From a virus (lineage: Duplodnaviria; Caudoviricetes), in IMG/VR virus record IMGVR_UViG_3300032305_000487, positions 1 to 45,228 of that record: a stretch of DNA of 45,228 nucleotides; one strand, given 5' to 3'. The notes below the pieces were generated by a model. The model ran no database searches, was not told the DNA's origin, and saw nothing but the letters and a program-made list of their open reading frames with translations. The position numbers and the translations under genes are program-made. Of the stretch, positions 1-11,300 are shown piece after piece. How positions within the stretch are numbered: position 1 is the first letter of the stretch; the number at the start of each line of letters is the position of its first letter.

Positions 1-455
1 ATAGTGGAAACAATTCGTTTTTCTTAGAGCCAATGGAAGCCACGTCCATATCAACTATGGATTGGGTTCAAAGAAAAGCATTTGATGTTTGGTTTGGTGG
101 GCAACCTTGTGAGATGGCAAACAAAGAGTTCACCGGTTTCATCAAGGAAATAGAAAACATGATTTTGTTGCACTACTGCAATGGGTCGGTGTTTGATACG
201 GAGTTCTGGCGTGTATCACAAGCCAAGGCAGAAGAACATTTATCTAAAGCGTTGCAACATGACGAAGCGTTAAACACGCTGATAGAAAAATCTAAGCCTA
301 CTTGGAATGACATAAAAAACAATCCTAACAACAACTTGTTTATGACGTATGGAACATGGCAGTTGTATTCGTTTAATCAAAACTTGACTAATTTAGGCAT
401 ACATAAAAAACTTGAAATGTTAAAAACCAATAGGGACGTTGATGCACTCGTTTAA
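1..455 (+). CDS. Flavin-dependent (tryptophan) halogenase-like protein, C-terminal part, 5'-truncated by the window
   Basis: Frame is open from base 3: SGNNSFFLEPMEATSI resembles the G-x-x-x-x-F-x-E-P-L-E-S/A-T motif of PrnA-like halogenases; ILLHY...DTEFWR also fits the family. Confidence 0.75.
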   Translation, partial: SGNNSFFLEPMEATSISTMDWVQRKAFDVWFGGQPCEMANKEFTGFIKEIENMILLHYCNGSVFDTEFWRVSQAKAEEHLSKALQHDEALNTLIEKSKPTWNDIKNNPNNNLFMTYGTWQLYSFNQNLTNLGIHKKLEMLKTNRDVDALV

Positions 456-1011
456 CAATCTGGGGGATTACATAATGCTTATTGAAGATGCGTTATCTTC
501 TAAGCTATGTGACGCCTTGCTTGCGGAATACGCCGAATCGCCCGATTGGGGAAATGCGCTTGTAACGGGCGGTTTAGAGAATAAAAGCATACGCCACTGC
601 CAAGTAATAAAGTCTTCACATGCGTCGTCCATAGATAAAAATAAAGAAATACGACAAGCACTAGATGCCGCTCTGTTTGAAAACAGCAACAAAGTTGTAA
701 ACCAGTACGTTCGCAAGTTTGGTCATTGCTTTATTGCTAGGGATTATGGGTATGACCTACTAAAATACAGCGCGGGCGGTTTTTACACAGAGCATGTTGA
801 TTCTTATACGGAAGGGCCAAGAACTTTGTCTTGTTCGTTCGCCTTAAACGACAACTTTGAAGGTGGAGAATTTTCTTTCTTTAACCAACAAATAAAGTAT
901 AAGATTCCAAAAGGGGGCGCATTGCTGTTCCCATCAACATTTTTGTACCCACATGCTGTGCTACCGGTGACTAAAGGTACTCGGTACGCAGCAATTACTT
1001 GGTTTCACTAA
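442..1011 (+). CDS. 2OG-Fe(II) oxygenase (prolyl-4-hydroxylase-like)
   Basis: HxD (EHVD), LNDNFEGGEF, LLFPS, distal H (YPHAV) and the 2OG-binding R (GTRY). Start uncertain (439/442/475). Confidence 0.9.
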   Translation: MHSFNNLGDYIMLIEDALSSKLCDALLAEYAESPDWGNALVTGGLENKSIRHCQVIKSSHASSIDKNKEIRQALDAALFENSNKVVNQYVRKFGHCFIARDYGYDLLKYSAGGFYTEHVDSYTEGPRTLSCSFALNDNFEGGEFSFFNQQIKYKIPKGGALLFPSTFLYPHAVLPVTKGTRYAAITWFH

Positions 1012-1013
1012 TC

Positions 1014-3140
1014 ATGCCATTACAAAAACTACAGTTCAGACCCGGTATAAACAGAGAAGGCACTACCCTCTCCAACGAGGGTGGCTGGTTTGACTGCGAC
1101 AAAATTCGTTTCCGTTCCGGCTATCCCGAAAAAGTTGGTGGTTGGCAACGAGACGGAGGGTCTATATACGAAACCGCACCTACTAGCACATTTGCCGCTA
1201 GCGGCACCACTACATCCGTAGTTCCTTCGTCTGGTGTGTTCTGGGGGATTGCTAAGTCCATGTGGAACTGGATTAACCTGACAGGCTATAACTTGCTGTC
1301 GATTGGCACCAACCTTAAATTTTATATCCAAAACTCTAGCGGCGGTGCGTTCAATGACGTCACACCAATCCGCTTAACAAATGCTGTTGTAGCCAGCGCG
1401 TTTACCACTAACACTGCGACAAACAGCGGTGGTTTTACAACTATTACAGTTACAGATGCTGGTAGCACGGTTCAGGTTGGAGATTTTGTAAACATATCTG
1501 CGGTATCAGGTCCCGTTAATGGGGTAACTGCTGCGCAGTTAACTGGCGAGTTTCAAGTTGTAAGTTACATAAGTTCTAGCCAATACACAATCCGTGTAGC
1601 AGGTACAGCATCCTCATCAGGCACACCCGCAGTTAGCGGTACGTTTAACTACCAACTCACAACAGGTAATACAACATTTACCTACGGCGTGGGTTGGGGT
1701 GCTGGTGGTTGGGGTGGTGTCACTACTGGGTACACATCTACTGGTTGGGGGCTTTCTGCGCCAGCAGGTCTTGGTGTTGGCATTCAGTTGCGTATATGGA
1801 GCCAGACTAATTATGGGGAAGACTTAATATTCAACCCACGCGGCAGTGCGATGTACTACTGGGCAAACAACGCAAGTCCTAACGTCTACGACCGTGGGCA
1901 AATTATTAAAGCGGCTACAAATGTAGTCACAAAAACAGGCACGTTTACGCCTGATGCTACCTGCCCGTCGCTTGTTAATTTTGTGTTGGTATCTGACTCG
2001 TCAAGGTTTACTTTTACATTTGGTTGTAATGACCCAACGGGCGTGTATGCGACTACTACGCTAGACCCCATGCAGGTTCGTTGGTCTGACCAAAACACAC
2101 TAGTTACTTGGACCCCCGCTATTACTAACCAAGCGGGTGGTATCCGTTTAAGCCACGGCTCCGCAATTGTTACCGCTATACAAGCACGCCAAGAGATTTT
2201 GGTGTTTTCCGATTCTTGTCTATATTCTTTCCAATACCTTGGTGCCCCGTATGTTTGGGGTAACCAGATTCTTGCCGACAACATATCTATTGCTAGCCCT
2301 AACGCTGTATCCACGGTAAACAACGTCACCTACTGGATGGGCGCGGATAAATTCTATATGTACTCTGGGCGTGTAGAAACGCTACCTTGCGCCCTACGGC
2401 AATATGTCTATAACAACATTAACTTGGCGGAATCATTTCAGATTCATTCTGGGACCAATGAAGGCTACAACGAAATTTGGTGGTTTTATCCGTCTATTAC
2501 CGGTACAACTTCAACTGGCGAAAACGGTACAGGCACGGCTGCATCTCCCAATATTTTGCTTGACCGTTACATAATCTATAACCACTTAGAGCGTACTTGG
2601 TACTACGGCACTATGAATGGCACAACTGTTCGCCCACGCACTGCTTGGTTAGACAGCCCGCTTCGTTCTGAGCCTATGGCGGCTATTGGGTACACCTCTA
2701 GCGGTGCATATACAAACGGTGGTTTGGTGTACCAAGAAACAGGTGTAGACAACAACGAGACTAGCACCCCGGTTGCTATTGATGCCTATGTTCAATCTGC
2801 GGACTTTGATATTGGTGACGGCCATAATTTTGGTTTTGTTTGGAGGCTTATTCCTGACGTCACTTTTGATGGTTCAGCCTCAGCATCGCCTGCCGTTAAC
2901 TTTACGGTTCGCCCACGCCAAAACCCCGGTGCCAACTATGGTGACTCCGACAACCCTGCCGTAACAAGTGCGCAGTCATATGCAAGCACAACAACGTACA
3001 ACGTCCAGCAATTTACACAACAAGTGTTTGTGCGGATTCGTGGGCGTCAAATGGCTTTCAAGCTTGAGTCAAATACATTAGGTACACAGTGGCAACTCGG
3101 CTCTCCTCGTATTGATGTTAGAGCAGACGGCAGGAGATAA
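1014..3140 (+). CDS. Podovirus tail structural protein (tail tubular B / stabilisation protein-like)
   Basis: About 708 aa, beta-rich, VRWSDQ motif, position upstream of ejection genes. ATG at 1014 directly follows the previous stop. Confidence 0.65.
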   Translation: MPLQKLQFRPGINREGTTLSNEGGWFDCDKIRFRSGYPEKVGGWQRDGGSIYETAPTSTFAASGTTTSVVPSSGVFWGIAKSMWNWINLTGYNLLSIGTNLKFYIQNSSGGAFNDVTPIRLTNAVVASAFTTNTATNSGGFTTITVTDAGSTVQVGDFVNISAVSGPVNGVTAAQLTGEFQVVSYISSSQYTIRVAGTASSSGTPAVSGTFNYQLTTGNTTFTYGVGWGAGGWGGVTTGYTSTGWGLSAPAGLGVGIQLRIWSQTNYGEDLIFNPRGSAMYYWANNASPNVYDRGQIIKAATNVVTKTGTFTPDATCPSLVNFVLVSDSSRFTFTFGCNDPTGVYATTTLDPMQVRWSDQNTLVTWTPAITNQAGGIRLSHGSAIVTAIQARQEILVFSDSCLYSFQYLGAPYVWGNQILADNISIASPNAVSTVNNVTYWMGADKFYMYSGRVETLPCALRQYVYNNINLAESFQIHSGTNEGYNEIWWFYPSITGTTSTGENGTGTAASPNILLDRYIIYNHLERTWYYGTMNGTTVRPRTAWLDSPLRSEPMAAIGYTSSGAYTNGGLVYQETGVDNNETSTPVAIDAYVQSADFDIGDGHNFGFVWRLIPDVTFDGSASASPAVNFTVRPRQNPGANYGDSDNPAVTSAQSYASTTTYNVQQFTQQVFVRIRGRQMAFKLESNTLGTQWQLGSPRIDVRADGRR

Positions 3141-3142
3141 GC

Positions 3143-3478
3143 ATGGCGAATAAAGGTGTAACAGCCCCTCGGCTTCCAGCCGCCCCAGTCGAATACGACC
3201 AACGATTTATGGATGCTCTGTTGAGCATTTTGCGCCAGTACTTTAATTCGTTAGACAACCCCGGCCCAATAGTGGTGGCTACACAAAGACAGCCAGCGGC
3301 TGGCACTATTCCGGCGCTGTTAGTCTCTGCGTTAAGCTGCTCACAAGCAAACTCGGCTGGTGCCACCGTAATCAGTTTGCCAACACAAGCGGATTTTGCT
3401 AATTTGCGATCAGGTGATGTCTACTACGACACATCTGGTGGAGCGGCAGCAAGTTACCCATTAAGGATCAAGGCATGA
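3143..3478 (+). CDS. Hypothetical virion-module protein
   Basis: 111-aa ORF with AGGAG RBS, tightly packed in the structural operon. Confidence 0.6.
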   Translation: MANKGVTAPRLPAAPVEYDQRFMDALLSILRQYFNSLDNPGPIVVATQRQPAAGTIPALLVSALSCSQANSAGATVISLPTQADFANLRSGDVYYDTSGGAAASYPLRIKA

Positions 3479-3512
3479 TAAACTCAATTAACCCCCCATT
3501 TACGAGGCAAAA

Positions 3513-5456
3513 ATGAGCCTACAACTTGCTGCCCAGCATCTAGCCCACAAAGGTCGTGGACCTGACGATACCCTCGTCCACATGTCTCGTAGAGAAGTCA
3601 AAAGCCTCAATGACTTGGCTATGGCGCATGGTGGTCAATTAACAATAAATCCGCAGACTGGACTGCCCGAAGCTGGGTTTTTGTCTGCTATTTTGCCTAT
3701 GGTGGCAGGTGCGGCTCTTGGCCCTGCTGGTTTTGGTTTGACTGCTATGCAAGCTGGTCTTGCTGTTGGTGCTGGTAGCTATCTATTGAACCCAAAAGCT
3801 GGCTTAATGGGTGGTTTGATGGCAGGCATGGGTGGATATGGCGGTGCTGGATTGGGCGCTGGACTATCAGGTCTTGCTACCTCTGAAGCCGGAACGACTA
3901 CGGCAAATGCGGTTACTGCCGCATCCGAAGAAGCAGCAAAAGCGGAATTAATTAAACAGCAAGCCCTACAAGAATCCGCTAAACAGGCGGTTCTGTCTTC
4001 CCCAACTACGCAAAACATTGAATTGGCTTCCAGATTTACACCCGATTACATAAACACTTCCGTGCAATCAGCGCGTGATTTTGCGGCTGATTCTTTTATT
4101 CCTAAGACTCCAATTCCTACGGGCATGGATGCCATGTATCAAGGCGCAAAGTCTATAATCACCGACCCAACAGCAGATAAATTTAAAGCGTTGGGTGGTG
4201 GAAGCTACTCTGGTCTAGCCCGAATGGGGTTATCAGCGGCAACTCCCGCAATAGGCCAACAGGCAAAATTTACAATGCCAGAGACTAAAGACACAAAGCC
4301 ACAAGTTGTACCGCATTACAAATTTACTCCGGGGATGCAAACGCCCACACCAACGCCAAGCAAAACTGGTATAGAAAACGTTTATTTCAAACCACAGTAC
4401 ACAGCACTTTCCGACGAAGAGGCTAAACAGTTGTACCCCGGTTATGGCGCGGCTGCTCCTGCCACTGCTGCAAATGGCGGGCTTATGAGTTACGCAGGTG
4501 GTGGTCCAATTGAGGCAATGTCCGACGCTAATGCTATTGGCGCTAATACAGGTTTCCCTCAAGCCTACCTGCATAGTGATGCTTACGCTACCCCGTACCA
4601 AATGCCCATCTCTCAAAATGTGTTGGCAGATGCAAGTGATGTGTCGGTTGACCCATACACGGGTGAACAAAAAATGGCAGAGGGCGGTGTGTCTTATGAC
4701 CCAAAAACCCAACGCTATACGGGTGGTATTGCAGACGCAATTAAGCCAGAAAACCGCGATGTAAATATTTACAACGACACAGGTGGCCCCGGTTCAGGCG
4801 GGGGACCGGATCAACCGTTAAGCCCACAAACTACTGCATTCTTTGACAATGAGACTAAAGCCGACAGAGATGCGCGGATGCAAGGTATCAGCAACCTTAT
4901 AGGCATGGCTGTGCCGGGTTATGGGGCCATTAATGCGTTAAGCGGCCTTCTGGGCACTGCTACTGCTGGTCAAATTGCAAATACTTTTTCTCCCCCCGGA
5001 AGTCAGCCTAACTACGGGGTTCCTGTGAGCGAAATGGGTTCTTATGCTGGCAACCCAATGGGCCAAACAAGTTACGAGTCGGGTCAGGGTAATCCCGCTG
5101 AAAGCAATACCACTAGCTCCAATACAGGTGAAGGCAACCCCGGTGAAAGCTATGCTCAAGGTGGCATCTCCCATCTTGGCGACTACTCCGACGGCGGCAG
5201 ACTTCTGCGCGGCCCCGGTGACGGCGTATCCGATTCAATCCCTGCCGTGATTGGCAAGAAGCAACCCGCTCGTCTGGCTGATGGTGAGTTTGTAGTTCCA
5301 GCCCGTATTGTTTCTGAGTTGGGCAACGGCTCAACCGAAGCTGGTGCACGCAAGCTGTACGCCATGATGGACAGAATCCAAGCGGCGCGTGGTAAGACTG
5401 TGGGTAAAGGTAGAGTGGCAAAAAATAGTCGTGCAGATAAGTATTTACCCGCATAG
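3513..5456 (+). CDS. Putative internal virion / DNA-ejection protein
   Basis: Gly/Ala-rich, hydrophobic glycine-zipper stretch near the N terminus, INPQTGLPEA and GPGDGVSDSIPA...LADGEFVVPA blocks, repeated AxGG motifs. Confidence 0.6.
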   Translation: MSLQLAAQHLAHKGRGPDDTLVHMSRREVKSLNDLAMAHGGQLTINPQTGLPEAGFLSAILPMVAGAALGPAGFGLTAMQAGLAVGAGSYLLNPKAGLMGGLMAGMGGYGGAGLGAGLSGLATSEAGTTTANAVTAASEEAAKAELIKQQALQESAKQAVLSSPTTQNIELASRFTPDYINTSVQSARDFAADSFIPKTPIPTGMDAMYQGAKSIITDPTADKFKALGGGSYSGLARMGLSAATPAIGQQAKFTMPETKDTKPQVVPHYKFTPGMQTPTPTPSKTGIENVYFKPQYTALSDEEAKQLYPGYGAAAPATAANGGLMSYAGGGPIEAMSDANAIGANTGFPQAYLHSDAYATPYQMPISQNVLADASDVSVDPYTGEQKMAEGGVSYDPKTQRYTGGIADAIKPENRDVNIYNDTGGPGSGGGPDQPLSPQTTAFFDNETKADRDARMQGISNLIGMAVPGYGAINALSGLLGTATAGQIANTFSPPGSQPNYGVPVSEMGSYAGNPMGQTSYESGQGNPAESNTTSSNTGEGNPGESYAQGGISHLGDYSDGGRLLRGPGDGVSDSIPAVIGKKQPARLADGEFVVPARIVSELGNGSTEAGARKLYAMMDRIQAARGKTVGKGRVAKNSRADKYLPA

Positions 5457-5458
5457 AC

Positions 5459-5866
5459 ATGCCACTACACCACGTCCACCCTAACTACCTGCCTAATGTA
5501 TGGCCTATTGCCCTACCCTTGCTAAAAAAAGCAATGGACTTAGAGCCCGGGTCACACAACGAACAATTTATTGAGTACAGCATCCGTACTGGTAAAACGC
5601 ATTTGATGGTGTGGGAAGAGCCCGATGAGGGCATTACTGGTGCGTGCACGATTGAATTTATTGACTATCCGATGGAGCGCATTGCGCATGTAAACCTGAT
5701 GGGTGGTAAAGGTATTGTCAGAGACTATGTGTTTGAAGAAGCTAAAAACTTCATGCGACTCAACGGTGCCAAAAAAGCTCAGTGTTGGGCAAGGGGCACA
5801 CTGGTTGATATGTACAAGAAAATGGGTATGGAAAACACCCACCAAGTAATGAGGGTTGATCTATGA
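5459..5866 (+). CDS. Hypothetical protein, possible GNAT-like fold, in the ejection module
   Basis: 135 aa; the alpha/beta pattern ending ...YKKMG resembles GNAT C termini. The fold is inference only. Confidence 0.45.
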   Translation: MPLHHVHPNYLPNVWPIALPLLKKAMDLEPGSHNEQFIEYSIRTGKTHLMVWEEPDEGITGACTIEFIDYPMERIAHVNLMGGKGIVRDYVFEEAKNFMRLNGAKKAQCWARGTLVDMYKKMGMENTHQVMRVDL

Positions 5867-8319
5867 GAACAAGTTATTCACGCCGTGAACTCTACGCATT
5901 AGGCGAGCCGCTTGGGGATAGCGCCACTTATTTAAAAGCCGATGGCGGGCTTATCCTTGGCGATGGTGGTGGGTCTTCTGCCCCTGCCCCTGCGTCATCT
6001 ACTACGCAAACCCAAGATTTACCTGATTGGGCAAAACCGTACGCCCAAGATGTACTGTCTAAGGGTAAGGCCGTAACTGACCTTGAACAAAACCCATACC
6101 AACCTTATGGCGCTAGCCGTATTGCTGGGTTTGACCCAATGCAAACACAAGCGTTCCAAGGTGCGCAAAATATGAGGGTTGCACCCCAAATTGGTCAGGC
6201 TACTGCCGCATCAGTTGGCGCAGGTCTTGGTGGGTTTGATGTAGCTGGGCAGTCTACGACTGGAGGATTCCAGAACCAAGTAGGTGGGTACATGAACCCA
6301 TACCTACAGTATTCGCTGGCCCCCCAGTTAGCAGAGGCTAACCGTCAATATGATATTGGTGCTGTAAATCAACAGTCTAAGGCTACTCAAGCGGGTGCAT
6401 TTGGTGGCTCACGTGAAGCAATTATGGCGGCTGAGAATGAACGCAACCGTAATATGGGCCTGCAAAGTATTGTTGGTCAAGGCTATAACACCGCGTTTAC
6501 AAATGCGCAGAACCAGTACAACCAGAACTTGCAGAATCAACTTGCAGGTTACGGCGTGGCTAACCAAGCCGCTGGTCAGTTGGGTAACTTAGGGCAGAGC
6601 CAGTACCAACAAGGTATGGGCATTAACGCGTTGCAAGCGCAGTATGGTGGTCAACAGCAAGCCCAAGAGCAAAGAGGTTTGGACACTGCATATCAAGACT
6701 TCCTCACACAGAAGAACTATCCATACCAACAACTCAGTTACATGTCTAACTTGGTTCGTGGTACCCCAATGGGCATGAACACGCAGTCGCAGGTCTATCA
6801 AGCGCCTCCAAGTACTATGGGTCAGCTTGCTGGTCTGGGTATGGGTGCTTATGGTCTGAGCAGAATGGCTGAAGGTGGCTTGGCGTTTGGTGAAGGTGGA
6901 GACATTTCCGACAAAATGAACGACCCTGCGGCTATGGCGGCACAGGTTGACAAGTTGTCGGATGAGCAACTGCAATCAATTATTCAGAACCCTACAACAC
7001 AGGTTGAGTTAGTAGCTGCCCAACAAGAACTTGCCATGCGTGCATCTGAGCGTGGTGGTATGGCAGGGGCGTATAACCAACTTCCACAAGGTCAGCAACA
7101 AGGTGTAGTTCAAGCCGCTGGCGGCGGCATACTTGCGTTTGCTGATAGAGGTGCTGTTGAGGACAAAGAACCAACTCAAGAAGAAATTGAAGCCGCAAAA
7201 AAACCTTATATTGGTTACAGAACACCTCCTCGGGTTGCGGGACAACCCCCCAAAGAATATTCAGAATCTAACTTTTTTAAAGGGGTAGGTGAGTTTCTTG
7301 TACCGTCTAAGTACGCTGTAGATAAACCAAAACAAGAAGCGCCAAAACCTACTCTAACCCCCCCTACGTCTGTTGATGGAGACCCGTACAACGCCGCTAC
7401 TGCAACGCGTCGCGTGGATTTTGAAACCAAAGACAAACCAAAAGTTAGCCCAGAAATTTTTTCTGGTATTACTAAGTTGTCCAAAGATAGTGGCGTGCCT
7501 GCTGTTTCTTTAATGGACGAATTTGTCAAAATGCGCGACATGCTTAAAGCCGAGAGCAAGGGCGACATGGACACGTTGAACAAACTGATGGAGAAGTCCG
7601 CCGGACGTTCAAAAGAAATTAAAGATAAAGGCTTTGGTAAAGCACTGGCTGAGTTTGGTTTTCAAATGGCAGCTAATGCCGCTGAACCCGGTCAGACTGG
7701 CAATAAAGGACTCTCTGGTGTATTGCGTAGTGCCGCAAAAGCATCTCCAACTCTTGCCGCATCAATCTCTAAAACTAACGAGTTGGCTCAAGCCGCAGAT
7801 GACAATCAGCAAAAACTTGCTATTGCTATGAGGCAGTTTGAAATGGCGCAACGTAAGGGCGACAATGCTACGGCACTGGGCTTTGCGGCTCAAATACGTC
7901 AATTCCAACAAGTGGACAAACAAATCGCAGTACAGCGCGAACAACTTGACGTACAACGCCAACAATACGCCTCACAAGCTGGTCTTGGCGCCGCACAACT
8001 GGCGCAGAAAGAACGTCAGTTTGATTCGCTCATGGATTACCGCAACAAAGCCGCAGGTGCACAAGGTCTTGCTGCTCAAGCACGTATGGCTGATGTCCGC
8101 CGTAGAGCTACGCTTGACTTTGATAACAACCCAAGAAACACGCGAAAAGAAGCGGAACTCATCCAACAGTATGGGCCTATTCAAGGTAAGTACCAATTTA
8201 ATCAAATGCGTCAATCCGCAATTGGGGATGCAATGAATGCCGCACGTGACCAACGGGGGGATATGGCTTCCGCAACAGGTGGTGATACAAAATCTGTATT
8301 TGATCTTTTGAACGATTAA
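5863..8319 (+). CDS. Putative internal virion / DNA-transfer protein
   Basis: 818 aa, Q/G/A-rich; TTQTQDLPDWAKPY and GAFGGSR motifs typical of podovirus ejection proteins; ATGA overlap with the upstream gene. Confidence 0.6.
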   Translation: MRTSYSRRELYALGEPLGDSATYLKADGGLILGDGGGSSAPAPASSTTQTQDLPDWAKPYAQDVLSKGKAVTDLEQNPYQPYGASRIAGFDPMQTQAFQGAQNMRVAPQIGQATAASVGAGLGGFDVAGQSTTGGFQNQVGGYMNPYLQYSLAPQLAEANRQYDIGAVNQQSKATQAGAFGGSREAIMAAENERNRNMGLQSIVGQGYNTAFTNAQNQYNQNLQNQLAGYGVANQAAGQLGNLGQSQYQQGMGINALQAQYGGQQQAQEQRGLDTAYQDFLTQKNYPYQQLSYMSNLVRGTPMGMNTQSQVYQAPPSTMGQLAGLGMGAYGLSRMAEGGLAFGEGGDISDKMNDPAAMAAQVDKLSDEQLQSIIQNPTTQVELVAAQQELAMRASERGGMAGAYNQLPQGQQQGVVQAAGGGILAFADRGAVEDKEPTQEEIEAAKKPYIGYRTPPRVAGQPPKEYSESNFFKGVGEFLVPSKYAVDKPKQEAPKPTLTPPTSVDGDPYNAATATRRVDFETKDKPKVSPEIFSGITKLSKDSGVPAVSLMDEFVKMRDMLKAESKGDMDTLNKLMEKSAGRSKEIKDKGFGKALAEFGFQMAANAAEPGQTGNKGLSGVLRSAAKASPTLAASISKTNELAQAADDNQQKLAIAMRQFEMAQRKGDNATALGFAAQIRQFQQVDKQIAVQREQLDVQRQQYASQAGLGAAQLAQKERQFDSLMDYRNKAAGAQGLAAQARMADVRRRATLDFDNNPRNTRKEAELIQQYGPIQGKYQFNQMRQSAIGDAMNAARDQRGDMASATGGDTKSVFDLLND

Positions 8320-8332
8320 GTAGGTAGCCAAT

Positions 8333-11300
8333 ATGATTGTCACCCTACCCAAAGTTGGAAACGTTGAGTTCCCTGACAACCTGAGCCCAGAACAATTTGA
8401 TAACTTACTTGGCAGGTTGGCTGAAAAATATGACTTCAGCATTCCCAAGCCTGATGTTGGTTTAGGGGAAATTGCCAAGCGCGGTGCTATGCGCGGTTTG
8501 GGAGAAACAAGTATCGCTCTGGGCGATACTCTGCCCGCCATGATTGGTAGCGCAGTAGGCGCTAAAGAATACTCTGAACGCCAAATGAAGGAAGCGGAAG
8601 CCAGCCGTCAGCTTCTACAGCAGAAATACCCAACGCGTTTTAAATCTTACAAAGACATCAACAGCCCGTTTGAGGCGCTTGAATACGGCGTTGAGACTTT
8701 GGGTGAACTCACACCTACTATTGCTACTTCAATAGTTCCCGGTGTAGGAGGCAGTGTGTTGGGCGGGCGTTTGGCTGGCGGCGCGGCTTTCAAGGCGGCT
8801 ACTGCCGCTGGCGTTCCTACCCGTGCAGGTCTGGCTGGTGTTGAGACTGCCGCAAAAGCTGGCGCACAAAAGGGTATGTATGGTGGTGTGTTCATGGGTT
8901 CATTTGCCCAAAACGCACCCGAAGTGTTTGAAGGTATATACAGAGAAACGGGTAAGTTTGAGCCCGGTGTTGCCGCCCTAGCAGGTGGCTTCAGTGCCAT
9001 ATTGGACTCTGTGTTGCCCGTTGGTGTTCTTAATTCACTGGGCAGTTACGGCAAACTAAAAGTCATTGAGCGGATGGCTAAAGAGTCTGGTGCCGCACCG
9101 AAAGTTTGGAAGTACCTTGGCAAAGAAGTTAGCAAATCGGCTGCTACTGAAGGTCTTACCGAGAGCGCACAAGAAGCCATCGGTGCATACGCCGAGCAAA
9201 TTGCTGGCAGTACAAAAGGTTTGCTCGACCCTGAGAACATTCAGAAGTACAAAGAAGCGTTTGTCAAAGGTGCTGTGGGTGGTGCTGGCTTTGGGGTTCC
9301 CGGTGGCATAGCCGCTGGTCGCACAGCCAAGAAAGATTACGCAAACACGCAAGAAGCTAACGAAGCACTGAAGCAACAGGCCGCACAAGAAGAAGCGGCA
9401 CGACTGCAACCCACTGGCTTGCAAAAACAAATTGAAGGGCAGTTCCCAACAGCAGGCAATACGCAAGCCGATATGGAAGCCGCCCTTGCGGAGAATGAAG
9501 CACGCAAAGCGCACGAGATAGAAATCAATGCCTTGCAAGCCCGCATGGATGAACAGCGCCCCGGTTCACGAGCCTACGCTGAATTTGAAGACGCGATTAA
9601 AAAATCTAAAGCCAAAATGGCCGACGACGATGCGGCTAAAGCATCACAAAGCGCGTTTTCTACCGCCAAGCCAACACCCGGTACGGGCGGCATGTTTATG
9701 CCCGGAGTTGAGAAGCGACGTGTTGAAAACAAAATTAGCCAAGAGCAGGGTCTACGTGGGTTTGCTTTCGGCGACATGGGTGCACAGAACGCACCAAAAG
9801 ACCCAGTAACGGAACAAGTGCTCAAAGCCTTGCGCATTCCTGCGCGTTCAAACCTTACTACTGAGTTGTTGGGTGTTGACATGGCTACGCCCGAAGGCGT
9901 GCGCAAATTTATACAGACAATGGAAAACCCGCAAAAAACGGGCACCATTAACATCAACGAAGATAACTACCAAAAAGTACTTGACAGCTTATACGCTGAT
10001 GGCCGTGGTGGTGAAATTGAAGCCGCCCGTGCGGAATTACAAACAGAGCCTACCCCTGAGAAAACACAGAAGCAACAATCAGCAACGCGTCAATTCGCCT
10101 TTGGAGACATCAATGCTGGACAACCTAACGCCCCAACAAGTGGAGCAAGCACTAGCGTGGCTCCACCACCCGATCAAGAAGGCACCGCCGCAGGAGTTGG
10201 AGCACCTACAGGAGCTCGAGTGGTTTCTCCTAAGCCGGATGCTGGACTGCCTGTTGTCGGAGAAGCTGAACAGTCCGTTGCAGTAGACCAAAATGCGGCT
10301 CCTGTTGCTACCACTACTACTGATACTGCTCCTCCTGTTGTATCTGCTAAGGGACGAAAGGCTACTCCTGTCAAGGCTACTGAAATTGCCCCTGCCGAAA
10401 CGGTGGAAGCACAGGATATTGCTAAGGTTAATAAAACTATAAAGTTTGGTGAAGACCTAAAGATTGCCGCTGAAAAGCTGGGTAGAGTTGCATCCATCAA
10501 AGGGATGACTGAAGTTGCCAAAGACGCTCACGCTTATTTCAGCAAAGTTCTACCTGAGTTGGCGCTAAAAGCAATTGCCAACGACTTGGTGTACCAGCCA
10601 ACAGCCTATCGCAATTCAAAAATGAAAGCGTTCAAAGGCGACCCAGAGATGACATTCGGCACACAAGCCGAGGCTGAGTTCTTCAAAGGACAAGGCGGTG
10701 TACATGCTAAGAACGCCGCACAGTGGGTGCGTGCAAACCTGTCTCCCGAAGCAATTGCATTCATGGACAAGCAGATTGCCCTGTACGAGAAAGAGAACGC
10801 CAGTTCTCAGGTGCACTACGCCAAGACTGAAAAACAGCAGAAGGTCAGGAAAGAGACCAAGAAGCAGTTAGCAACTGAGGCTAAAGAAGCCGCCGCAGAC
10901 AAGAAGAAAATCTCTGTACAGAAGACGATTGACGATGTGTACTTTGGCGAAGCCACTGATACGGACTTGGACAACTTTATAAACACAGGGCGCGAAGGGT
11001 ACTTCGCATCGCCTGAGACCGCCGCCCTGCATGGCGAAGCGCATCCAGTTGTCCTACACATGTTGGAGCGTGGAGATATTGCAGGTGCTCTACAAGCTCT
11101 TGCTGATTCTGGTTCTTCCGGTTTGGTACAACGTATTGCCGGTTCTTTGGTTAAGTACTTAGGTGATGTGAAATTGGCAGTGGGCGAAGCCCGCTACGAC
11201 CCAAAGACAAACACTATCTACTTGCCTGCAAACGCCAGTGAATACGAGATTTTGCATGAGGCCGCTCACGCCGCCCTGTCACATGTTTTGGCAAACCCAT

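Noticed and set aside
2790-2825. ADFDIGD in the tail protein as an RNA polymerase DxDGD motif
   Set aside because: The spacing is wrong, and the context is a beta-rich structural protein.
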